Below, piece by piece: positions 19,061-26,894 of a DNA stretch of 64,000 nucleotides. The translations under genes and the position numbers were made by a program. The notes beneath the pieces are model-generated. The model searched no databases, had not been told where the DNA came from, and saw nothing but the letters and a program-made list of their open reading frames with translations. Source of the stretch: a virus. The stretch covers positions 47,991 to 111,990 of IMG/VR virus record IMGVR_UViG_3300047160_006886; one strand, 5' to 3'. How positions within the stretch are numbered: the stretch's first letter is position 1; every line of letters starts with the position of its first letter.

Positions 19061-19353
19061 GTGTCAGCCCTCGATTTCTTCTTGCTCCTTCTCCTGCCAT
19101 TCGTGCGGAACGGCATTTGGCTCACTCGCACGACCAGTCCGATGTTGATGTCACTGATCCGCACGAACAGACCCCGATCACTCGCCTCGCCTCTGATCTG
19201 CTGAGCCATCGAAGTCTGAGAGCAAAGGTAGTCTCGGCCGGCCATCACCCGGAACTCCGGCTGGGAGAACCACGTCTTCCAGTCGTACAGCTCTGGACGG
19301 CCTCGATGTCGTCTCTTGTTTTGTGTCGGTCCCGCCTCTTCGCCTTTTTCCAT
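19057..19353 (-). CDS. Small basic putative DNA-binding protein
   Basis: RGRPELYDW motif; first gene of the leftward block; TAAAAT 6 nt before ATG suggests a leaderless start. Confidence 0.55.
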   Translation of the reverse strand: MEKGEEAGPTQNKRRHRGRPELYDWKTWFSQPEFRVMAGRDYLCSQTSMAQQIRGEASDRGLFVRISDINIGLVVRVSQMPFRTNGRRRSKKKSRADT

Positions 19354-19475
19354 GATCTCATTTTATTCGATTTCCCCGGAAATCCGGGGAAAAACTAATT
19401 AGAAAAATTTTCCCAGAATTCCGTTTTTTCCTCTTTACTTCGGCGAATAAGTTTATTACCTTAATAGGTAGATTG
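19354..19475. promoter_or_regulatory. Divergent promoter region
   Basis: AT-rich; hairpin TTTCCCCGGA-AA-TCCGGGGAAA; rightward TTTACT-17-TACCTT; leftward TAAAAT. Confidence 0.55.
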
Positions 19476-19710
19476 ATCATTGACAACCGACCGCAGAACC
19501 GGACGACGGCCAGCCCAGGACGGGCAAGACGAAGGCGTGCACCGGGACGCAGCGGGGGGATCGGAGGGGGATGACCCAAACCGATCCCGGCAGACCTGGC
19601 AGAACCAGGAAGTCATCCGAGTCACGCAGATCGAAAGATCGTCAGTGCTACCCTGGAACGGTTTGAAACAGGCGGAAGCCGAGACCGGGTCCATCCCCAA
19701 GCCGCGTGGC

Positions 19711-19798
19711 TAGAACCTAAACCAACCTGCTCGATCATCTTGGAGCCATCCGAGAGGCAGCCCGTCCCAAGTCGGGAAGCAATGGTGAGGGGGTTCTA
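19711..19798 (+). ncRNA. Twister ribozyme, type P1
   Basis: P1 UAGAACC/GGUUCUA, UAA, P2 ACCA/UGGU, P4 CCCG-UCCCAAGU-CGGG, GAGGG; T1 CCC/GGG and T2 AC/GU pairings. Confidence 0.85.
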
Positions 19799-19812
19799 AC
19801 CTGGAGAGAATC

Positions 19813-20115
19813 ATGGGGTATCTACAGAATGCGATGACTGTTGGTCAACTGCGAAAAGAACTTGAAGGACTGCCGGATGACGCCGTGGTCCTCTACGTCT
19901 GCGATTACGGCGATCACTGCCACACGCAGCAAGCCCTGCCCATCTCTGAAATCGCCGACCTCGGATGCGACGAGCGGATCGAAGAGTCGGCGTACAGCAG
20001 CTCTGGCCTCTGCCTCTTAACCATCAATGATGAAGACGAGGATGACGACGAGGACAGCGAAAAGGAAACCGAAGAGGAAGAGACCGAAGACCGGAACTAC
20101 ATCATCCTGCGTTAG
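19813..20115 (+). CDS. Acidic hypothetical protein
   Basis: GGAGAG RBS; MTVGQLRKELEGLPDD phage-type motif. Confidence 0.65.
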   Translation: MGYLQNAMTVGQLRKELEGLPDDAVVLYVCDYGDHCHTQQALPISEIADLGCDERIEESAYSSSGLCLLTINDEDEDDDEDSEKETEEEETEDRNYIILR

Positions 20116-20223
20116 CGAACTAACAGCGGGGTCTAGGATCGATCATCCGAACACCGGACTCTCCAGACCGGCCCGACCCCGCTTCTTTCTTTCTGGAGTC
20201 TCAACCCTTTACTGGAGAAAGCC

Positions 20224-20391
20224 ATGTCCGAGAGAGTTCACCTGGTTCCCAAGTCCATGATCGAGCAGTGGAAGGCTGAGCTGCGACGCGAGAAGCAGGT
20301 CCAGCCCGCTATTCCCCTCGACCGGGCTATCCGGGCGGCGGCGAGCCTGCGAGCACGATTGACCCTGCGGAGAAAGGTGGTGATGGCATGA
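20224..20391 (+). CDS. Small hypothetical protein (55 aa)
   Basis: GGAG RBS, ATGA overlap with next gene. Confidence 0.5.
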   Translation: MSERVHLVPKSMIEQWKAELRREKQVQPAIPLDRAIRAAASLRARLTLRRKVVMA

Positions 20392-20822
20392 TCGACATCG
20401 ACTTCATCAAGGCCGGCCGGGCGATCTTCACCATCGCCAACGACCAAGGCAAGTGGTACACGTACCGCGTGGACCACAAGGAAGCCCGGACCGAGGAGTT
20501 CGCTGGCAAGGGCGCTCGGACCTACCCCGAAGCGTGGTTCGTCAAGCTCCTCACCGGCCCCTCGAACGACAGTGACTACACTTACGTCGGAATCTTAAAC
20601 TGCGAGCGGGTCAGGTTGACTCAACGCAGCCCTTACACCGAGGACTCGATCCCGGTGAGGGTGTTCGACTTCGCCCTGCGGGTGATCCTGGGCAAGCAAG
20701 CACTGCCGCCGGGTTACTCGATCCATCACGAGGGCCGCTGCGGTCGCTGTGGCCGCAGGCTGACGGTCCCCAGCAGCATCGAGTCGGGCATCGGCCCCGA
20801 GTGTGCGAGGAGGATGGCATGA
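20388..20822 (+). CDS. DUF6011-type zinc-finger protein
   Basis: CGRCGRRLTVPSSIESGIGPEC. Confidence 0.75.
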   Translation: MIDIDFIKAGRAIFTIANDQGKWYTYRVDHKEARTEEFAGKGARTYPEAWFVKLLTGPSNDSDYTYVGILNCERVRLTQRSPYTEDSIPVRVFDFALRVILGKQALPPGYSIHHEGRCGRCGRRLTVPSSIESGIGPECARRMA

Positions 20823-21118
20823 AGGAGATCATCACTCTTCGGACCGACGAGTACGTGGACAAGAAGGGCCACATCCGACGGCGAGCCGGCAAAGTCCCGG
20901 ACTGCGACTGCTGCGGAAAGCCTGCCCTAGTCCTGATGGAGATTGGCCGGTACAAAGACGACTGGCTGATCCAACAGTGCGACACTTGCCTAGAGCTGGT
21001 CTGCTCTGAGTGTTGCGATGTGACCGACAACGGGGAAGTGGTTTGCATCGATTGTTTGCAGGACCCCAATCGTCCGCTGAGGAGAAGTCATGACCCAAGT
21101 TACGAAAGACCAAATTAA
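20819..21118 (+). CDS. Cys-rich zinc-finger protein
   Basis: Four CxxC pairs; GGAGG RBS. Confidence 0.55.
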   Translation: MKEIITLRTDEYVDKKGHIRRRAGKVPDCDCCGKPALVLMEIGRYKDDWLIQQCDTCLELVCSECCDVTDNGEVVCIDCLQDPNRPLRRSHDPSYERPN

Positions 21119-21332
21119 GGCAGCGATCCAGATCACTCTGGCCATCGCCGACGCCATCCGCGAGCTGGGCGAGGTGCCTTCGGGTCACCTCTACGCCCGG
21201 ATCGGACACCTGAGCATCGAGGACTACAACAGCATCATCGACATCCTGAAGCGAGGCGGGCTGGTCAAGGAGCAGCACCATCTGCTCACCTGGATCGGTC
21301 CCAAACCTGACGAAGGGAGACCCAAGCAATGA
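21090..21332 (+). CDS. Small wHTH-like protein
   Basis: IRELGEVPSGHLYA..LKRGGLVK. Confidence 0.55.
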   Translation: MTQVTKDQIKAAIQITLAIADAIRELGEVPSGHLYARIGHLSIEDYNSIIDILKRGGLVKEQHHLLTWIGPKPDEGRPKQ

Positions 21333-21643
21333 AGGTGATAGATCACAATGGCTCTGGCAAACAGTGGGCAAAGAACTGCTCGATGAGGAAGCGACTCGTC
21401 CACTTCCTCGCCAACGCGACCGGGCGAGGTTGGGACTGGCGAACCCTGGCCGAACTGAGCGACGAGGAGATCCGCGAAAGAGCCGCCGAGAGACACACCG
21501 ACGCGGAGCAGGATATCGAAGACCTCACCGCCTTCGGGCTCTGGCCCATGCCTCGCTGGATGTTCAGCCGCGGCCTCGACCTACACGGGGCTGAAGCGAT
21601 GAGGCCGTACCTCTCGCCCAAGAAGGAGGTGGTCGAGTCATGA
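21329..21643 (+). CDS. Hypothetical protein
   Basis: Coupled ORF. Confidence 0.55.
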   Translation: MKVIDHNGSGKQWAKNCSMRKRLVHFLANATGRGWDWRTLAELSDEEIRERAAERHTDAEQDIEDLTAFGLWPMPRWMFSRGLDLHGAEAMRPYLSPKKEVVES

Positions 21644-22017
21644 CCAGCGTCGCTCACTCACCCGAGTGCTTGAAGGCCCAAGCGGCCTACAAGAGCTACA
21701 TCGAGAAGTGGCCCGACTATTGCACGGGCTGCGGTGGCTGGGGCCAGAAGAGTTACACCACCAATCAGTCTCCCATCGGCAGCGGCGAGTATTGGCCGAT
21801 GACCGAGAGCGAGCCGTGCTTGGCATGCGAGGGCACCTGCCCTCGCTGCCGCGATCCGAAGCGAGGGAACTGGACTGGCAAGCTGTGCAAGAAGTGCGGC
21901 TGGTCCTGCCGGGACGGCGGCATCCCGGAAGTCGAGTGCTACTGCGGCATGGAGGACGAGCCGAGCGTCGAGGAGATCGAAGCGTATCTGGAACGAACCA
22001 GAAAGGAGCAATCATGA
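21640..22017 (+). CDS. Cys-rich zinc-finger protein (CxxCxGxG)
   Basis: CTGCGGWG, CLACEG, CPRC, CKKCGW. Confidence 0.6.
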   Translation: MTSVAHSPECLKAQAAYKSYIEKWPDYCTGCGGWGQKSYTTNQSPIGSGEYWPMTESEPCLACEGTCPRCRDPKRGNWTGKLCKKCGWSCRDGGIPEVECYCGMEDEPSVEEIEAYLERTRKEQS

Positions 22018-22382
22018 GCGGATTCATCAACAACTTGTCGAATTATCCTCCAGGCATCTCCGGCAACGAGCCGGAGATCACGGGAGAGCCGAGACGGCCG
22101 AGGCTGAGGAAATACCGCTCGCACTGGAGCGACAACCACAACCAGCTTGACGAGCCGTCCTGTGTCACAAATGCGAAGGAGCAGTGGCCACTCCCCTGGG
22201 TATACTTCTTCGCCAGCTCGCTCAAGGCGGCGAAGGCACGAGTACAAGAATTCAACCTCCTGCTGATGCCGATGAACGCCCCTCAACCAGCTCATTGCCC
22301 GACGCTGTTGCTAGCAAGGCACGGATTCATGAAGTTCCCGGCCGGTCCGTTGGCAGACGTTGACTCAGAGTATCTCGTCTGA
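22014..22382 (+). CDS. Hypothetical protein
   Basis: AAGGAG RBS; SNYPPGISGNEPEITG motif. Confidence 0.55.
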   Translation: MSGFINNLSNYPPGISGNEPEITGEPRRPRLRKYRSHWSDNHNQLDEPSCVTNAKEQWPLPWVYFFASSLKAAKARVQEFNLLLMPMNAPQPAHCPTLLLARHGFMKFPAGPLADVDSEYLV

Positions 22383-22492
22383 CACCCATCTCACCTTCCG
22401 CTCGTGATCCCGAGAGCGAGACAAATCGGGATCGTTGGAGCAAGACGCACTTGCTCGACGACCAGAAGACCCAAGACGAGAGGAGAATCACG

Positions 22493-22801
22493 ATGGCAGG
22501 AAAGACGAAAGACCAACCGGCCGGGACCACGACCGAGGGCAACGGAGCACCGAGCCTGAAGCGGACCAAGTGCCCGATCACGCGGGAGCAGTTCGCCAAG
22601 GCCAACATGACCGGCACCATGACCATCGAGTTCGCCGGTCAGAAGTTCGTGTTCAACCTCGCCCCCGAGGAGTTCAAGTCCGGCTCGATGGGCTGGAAGG
22701 TCAACGAAAAGATCAGGAAGTGCCCGGTCGGAGACGGCGTGGCAGACTTCCAGGTCGGCCTGAACCTGACCGTCATCGGCAGCAAGGACTTGCCACGCTG
22801 A
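22493..22801 (+). CDS. Hypothetical protein
   Basis: AGGAG RBS; FKSGSMGWK..QVGLNLTVIGSK. Confidence 0.65.
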   Translation: MAGKTKDQPAGTTTEGNGAPSLKRTKCPITREQFAKANMTGTMTIEFAGQKFVFNLAPEEFKSGSMGWKVNEKIRKCPVGDGVADFQVGLNLTVIGSKDLPR

Positions 22802-22872
22802 TCCATCGAGCGTGCTGGTCGCGGCACGGACGGAGAAGGGGCTTTCCGCGACCCCGAGAGGAGACAGGATCA

Positions 22873-23088
22873 ATGGGACACTACTTCAAGAAAAAACGTC
22901 ACGCCGAATGCCTCTGTGGCACCGGCAACTATTGTCACCATCACATGAGGTACGGGCTAGAGCAACACGAGCAGACGCGGGACTTCATCCGCCAAGGCAC
23001 CGTGCATCTGATCCCGACCGAAGACCTCGGCCGGCACAAGTGTGGCGGAGGCATCCGCGTGGTCAAGGCCAAGATTCAGTCAACTTGA
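22873..23088 (+). CDS. His/Cys-rich small protein
   Basis: AGGAG RBS; CLC..YCHHH. Confidence 0.5.
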   Translation: MGHYFKKKRHAECLCGTGNYCHHHMRYGLEQHEQTRDFIRQGTVHLIPTEDLGRHKCGGGIRVVKAKIQST

Positions 23089-23132
23089 TTCGGCGACCAT
23101 TTCATCAATCATCAACAGAAAGGAAAGCGAAC

Positions 23133-24965
23133 ATGCCGACCGTGACTCAGAAAGCCGTTCGATCAAAGACGGCGAGCAACGGACAAGACGAGGCCGGGGA
23201 GCTGGTGTTCCCCGAGTTCGAGGTGGTCATCTGCGAGGGACCGCCGAAGGAGAAGGAAACCGTGCGGATCGGGGACAAGGTGTTCTCGGTCCGGGGCGGA
23301 CTGACCGAGCTGGACGTGGACAAGATGCTCGGCTGGGAGCCGCTCGACGCCTTCCGCGAGCGGTTGCGGGCCGAGGGCAACCCGGATTGGGCTGCCGCGA
23401 GGTTCGACGCCGAGCGAGAGTTCGTCATCACGGACGAGGAGGGCCAGACCGTCTGCTGTCGCAACATCCACAAGCAGCGGCCGTTCGACCGTGACCTGGC
23501 CCTCAACTACGGGCACCGGATGCTCAACCGGCACTGGGCCGGACCGACGTGCTATCCGGGCCGGACCATCAACGGTTCGGCCATCGAGATCACCAAGGCC
23601 GGCTTCGACCACAACGGCATGCACCGGCTGATCGGAGCCAAGTTCGCGTTCCAGCTCCGACGCAAGCAGGAGGTGCGATGGCAGAGCAAGGACTTCTGGC
23701 CTCCCGACTTGTACCCCGACGGCCTCATCTTCGACACGATGGTGGTGTTCGGCATCTCGGACGCACGCGAGATCATCCGCACCATCGACGATTGCCGGCA
23801 ACGCACCACGGCGGACGTGGCCTACACCGGCGACTCCTTCGACTCGTACCAGACCTTCGAGTACGACGCCGACGGCAAGACGAGGAGGAAGATGCCGGCG
23901 ACCAACGCCCAGAAGAAGACCCTGTCGCGGATGCTGGCCAAGGCGGCGGAGTTCGTGTGGAAGCGGACCGGTCAGGCCGAAGTCAATCACTGGTGCAGAT
24001 ACTTCGATCATGCCGAGTTCGAGGAGTTCGTGAAGCGGCATGCACGACTGGTCAAAGCGGTCGAGCACATCTTCGAGGAGAACCGCGAGCGGAGCCTGTC
24101 CAACCTCGGGCTCTCCCCCGGCGAATGTGCCGGCATGCTGTACCTGATGGCGGCGAGCAAGAGCGACAGAGACCGCTACACCGGGATCGCGAAAGGCTCC
24201 GGAGATTCACCGCCGTCCGAACGGCGGATCGACTTTGCCAACTGGGAGCCGGCACTCAAGTTCTGGTCCGAGCTGGTCCGCGAGCCGAAACTGTCCGAAG
24301 TGTCCAAAGCGGTGAGACACGCCTTCGCCGTCATCGGCGAGATCGAAGTGCCCGAAGGTCAAGAGGAGGAAGAGCAGGAGATTAAGGACAACCGCTCGGT
24401 CGCCAAGCAAGTCATCCTCGCCAAGGCGTGGAACCTGCTCGCCGAAGACATCAAAGAGGACGAACAGGGCAAGCGGTTCTTGCCGTCCCGTCCGCAGCTC
24501 GACGCAGACGACATCACGGTCGAGCACGTCGAGAAGGGTGCGGAGACTGAAGAGGGCCACACTGGAGTGTGGGTCCTCGCCTCGTTCGACGGCTTCGGCG
24601 GCATCGACGTCGGGCCGAAACGACCGGCCGAGAAAAAGCCGAAGCCCAAACCGTCCGACAAGGCCGAACTGCGGAGGCTGTCGGCCGAAGAATCTGCCGA
24701 GGTGCTCCGCAAGGCCAAGGAGGATAAGGCGGCGCAGGCCCAACAGAAGCGACTGGCAGAATCGCCGCTGCCGAAGAAGCCCAAGCCGTCTCCGGCCGAT
24801 GTCAAGGGACCGAAACCGAAGCGTGCGACGTCGAACGACGTCAACGCTGCTCAGACCGCACGTGCCCTCAAGGCGGATCAGGAAGCCGCTGCTCAGGGCA
24901 ATCAGAAGGCAGCCGCTGCGGTGGCGGCTCACAAGAAGGGCGGCAATCTGAAAGGAGGTCTGTAA
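23133..24965 (+). CDS. ParB/Srx-like (DGQHR-type) domain protein with K/P/A-rich tail
   Basis: QRP..NY..M..W..ING..I..HNGMHRL..IDD..RT.AD. Confidence 0.6.
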   Translation: MPTVTQKAVRSKTASNGQDEAGELVFPEFEVVICEGPPKEKETVRIGDKVFSVRGGLTELDVDKMLGWEPLDAFRERLRAEGNPDWAAARFDAEREFVITDEEGQTVCCRNIHKQRPFDRDLALNYGHRMLNRHWAGPTCYPGRTINGSAIEITKAGFDHNGMHRLIGAKFAFQLRRKQEVRWQSKDFWPPDLYPDGLIFDTMVVFGISDAREIIRTIDDCRQRTTADVAYTGDSFDSYQTFEYDADGKTRRKMPATNAQKKTLSRMLAKAAEFVWKRTGQAEVNHWCRYFDHAEFEEFVKRHARLVKAVEHIFEENRERSLSNLGLSPGECAGMLYLMAASKSDRDRYTGIAKGSGDSPPSERRIDFANWEPALKFWSELVREPKLSEVSKAVRHAFAVIGEIEVPEGQEEEEQEIKDNRSVAKQVILAKAWNLLAEDIKEDEQGKRFLPSRPQLDADDITVEHVEKGAETEEGHTGVWVLASFDGFGGIDVGPKRPAEKKPKPKPSDKAELRRLSAEESAEVLRKAKEDKAAQAQQKRLAESPLPKKPKPSPADVKGPKPKRATSNDVNAAQTARALKADQEAAAQGNQKAAAAVAAHKKGGNLKGGL

Positions 24966-24970
24966 TCATC

Positions 24971-25225
24971 ATGGCGTCTGAACACGGACCACTCATCGAC
25001 ACTATGGCTGAAGCCCTTGCCAAGTTCGACGAGTCCCATGAGTTCGCCCTGTCCGAGGCCGGCGTCGAGACCGGCCGCTTCGCCACCATCGCCGAGGCCA
25101 GGGAGGAGGTCCGGACGACCTGGGGCGAAGGTCGTCAGCTCGAATGGCGGCGAATGATCGTCGACGGACGGCGAATGCTCGTCCATGAGCAGTTCGCCAT
25201 CTATTCTGTACCGAAGAAGTCGTGA
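24971..25225 (+). CDS. Hypothetical protein
   Basis: GGAGG RBS. Confidence 0.55.
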   Translation: MASEHGPLIDTMAEALAKFDESHEFALSEAGVETGRFATIAEAREEVRTTWGEGRQLEWRRMIVDGRRMLVHEQFAIYSVPKKS

Positions 25226-25351
25226 CGACTTCTCTTCCACCCCTCCTCGGCCTGCCCAGGGTCGGCGAGGGGGACAAGAGCAGCCGACCGATGGCCACCG
25301 AGTCTCGCTTCGAGGCCGGGGCCGCTGCGGTGCTCGCAAGGAGAACGAACG

Positions 25352-25651
25352 ATGGCAGATGTCAATGTCAAGACGGTGTCGTTGGAGTTGAAGACCTGCA
25401 AACTGACCAAAGCGATTCTTAAGCAGATTCCGATGATCAGCTACTCCCAGTACGCCAACGTCCGGTCGGTCTTCACCGAGGAGGGCCACGAAGTCGCCGA
25501 GTGCGTCATCGGCTGGGTCCACGGCTCGGTGCTTGGTGCCGACCATGACCACTGGCTGATCGTCAAGACGCCGGACGGCTACGGCCGGTTGAACATCGGT
25601 CTCGGCGGAAATGACCTCCGCAAGAAGTACCCGCAGATCTACATCGTGTAG
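25352..25651 (+). CDS. Hypothetical protein
   Basis: AGGAG RBS; LTKAILKQIP..VIGWV..YPQIYI. Confidence 0.6.
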   Translation: MADVNVKTVSLELKTCKLTKAILKQIPMISYSQYANVRSVFTEEGHEVAECVIGWVHGSVLGADHDHWLIVKTPDGYGRLNIGLGGNDLRKKYPQIYIV

Positions 25652-25788
25652 ACGACTCCTCTTACCGCCCTCCGTAGCCCACCCACCGTGTCGCGGTCAA
25701 CGGCCAAGCGTGAGGTGGAGCGGAGGGTGGACCGAGCAGCCGTTTGCTGTCTCCTGCCGAGGGTCAGTGATCTCTCACATGGAGATAC

Positions 25789-26142
25789 GTGATGCGTATT
25801 ACCAAGAAGTGGGCCAGGAGCGTTCGTGACGCTCTCCAAGCCAGGGTCAAGGAGTTGCGATTCATGGACGCCGAGCAGCTGCGGACGGAGCACAACAAGC
25901 TCTTCCCGACCGCAACCGTCCGCATCGCCGATGACATCTGTGCCAACTGCGGTGGACCGGTCGGCAAGCAGCCGGCGTCCGGGAGCGACCGCATCGTCTG
26001 CCTCGGCCGAGACGGCGGCATCCGGCCCTGCATGACCGCCGAGCGGACGATGGCCGAGGTTGACCGCAGCCAGGAGGAGATGACCCGTAAACTGATGATG
26101 CTGAAGATCGACGAGCTGATACCGTCGAGCATCGTTGACTAG
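25789..26142 (+). CDS. Hypothetical protein
   Basis: GGAG RBS; CANCG. Confidence 0.55.
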   Translation: MMRITKKWARSVRDALQARVKELRFMDAEQLRTEHNKLFPTATVRIADDICANCGGPVGKQPASGSDRIVCLGRDGGIRPCMTAERTMAEVDRSQEEMTRKLMMLKIDELIPSSIVD

Positions 26143-26304
26143 ACCAGTCCTTCTTCCACCGCTCCGGGAACTGGCGGGCGGCTATGGTCCGGACGCGAAC
26201 TCTCTGAGATGGCGAAACCCGGCCAGACGCCATGTTCCGAAAATCCCTACCAGCCCGGAGCGGGACAAGAACGATACTAAACCCAACAAGAGAAAGGAAA
26301 CCAA

Positions 26305-26538
26305 ATGAGCAAGGAAAGAGACAAACACATTGACGACTTGAACGATCTGGTCAGCTATCTTCAAAAGGAGGGATTGGACGCCGACGACCTGGAGGGAGCC
26401 GTCTGCGACGAGAAGAAAAATGAAGCGGATTTGCTTATCGAAGAAGGGCTTATGAGTGTATGCGAATACCTGATTGAAAACGGTTGGCATTTAGAAGCCA
26501 TCAGAAACGAAGCAAGACAAGAAAAGGCCCAGGAGTGA
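26305..26538 (+). CDS. Small acidic hypothetical protein (lower GC)
   Basis: AAGGA RBS. Confidence 0.6.
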   Translation: MSKERDKHIDDLNDLVSYLQKEGLDADDLEGAVCDEKKNEADLLIEEGLMSVCEYLIENGWHLEAIRNEARQEKAQE

Positions 26539-26583
26539 CACGGCACTGTCATCCGTGAGAGGACCAGCCGCTCTTCAGGCTGG
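26539..26583 (+). ncRNA. Hairpin plus H-type pseudoknot motif, copy A
   Basis: Same architecture as 26832-26876 with covarying stems. Confidence 0.6.
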
Positions 26584-26600
26584 ACTGTAAGGAAAGTGAA

Positions 26601-26831
26601 ATGAAAATCCTATTAGAGCCGCTGTTAGACTGGATCACCAGCAACGTCTATGACAGCGGGCACGGTTTGTTGGGTCCGCCCAGTTGGGTGATCGATGCCG
26701 AGACCATCTTGGACAAGCTAAGGGAGCTGGCCGGTATATCCAAACACGAAATGACTGTGGCTTATGACCAGGCAAGAATCCGAGTACATGGAAGAAACGT
26801 TGATGGGGGAACCTACCTCGACGAGAACTGA
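26601..26831 (+). CDS. Hypothetical protein (lower GC)
   Basis: AAGGA RBS. Confidence 0.55.
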   Translation: MKILLEPLLDWITSNVYDSGHGLLGPPSWVIDAETILDKLRELAGISKHEMTVAYDQARIRVHGRNVDGGTYLDEN

Positions 26832-26876
26832 CTGGGCAGCGTCATCCCAGACACGAGCGAGCGGTGTTCAGCTCGC
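26832..26876 (+). ncRNA. Hairpin plus H-type pseudoknot motif, copy B
   Basis: Covarying copy of 26539-26583. Confidence 0.6.
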
Positions 26877-26894
26877 ACAGTCAGGAGTTCAATC

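Noticed and set aside
19480-19510. TTGACA as a -35 box
   Set aside because: No plausible -10 at 16-18 bp
26203-26245. CTGAGA...CGAAA as a hammerhead
   Set aside because: Core is incomplete and stems I/III could not be assembled
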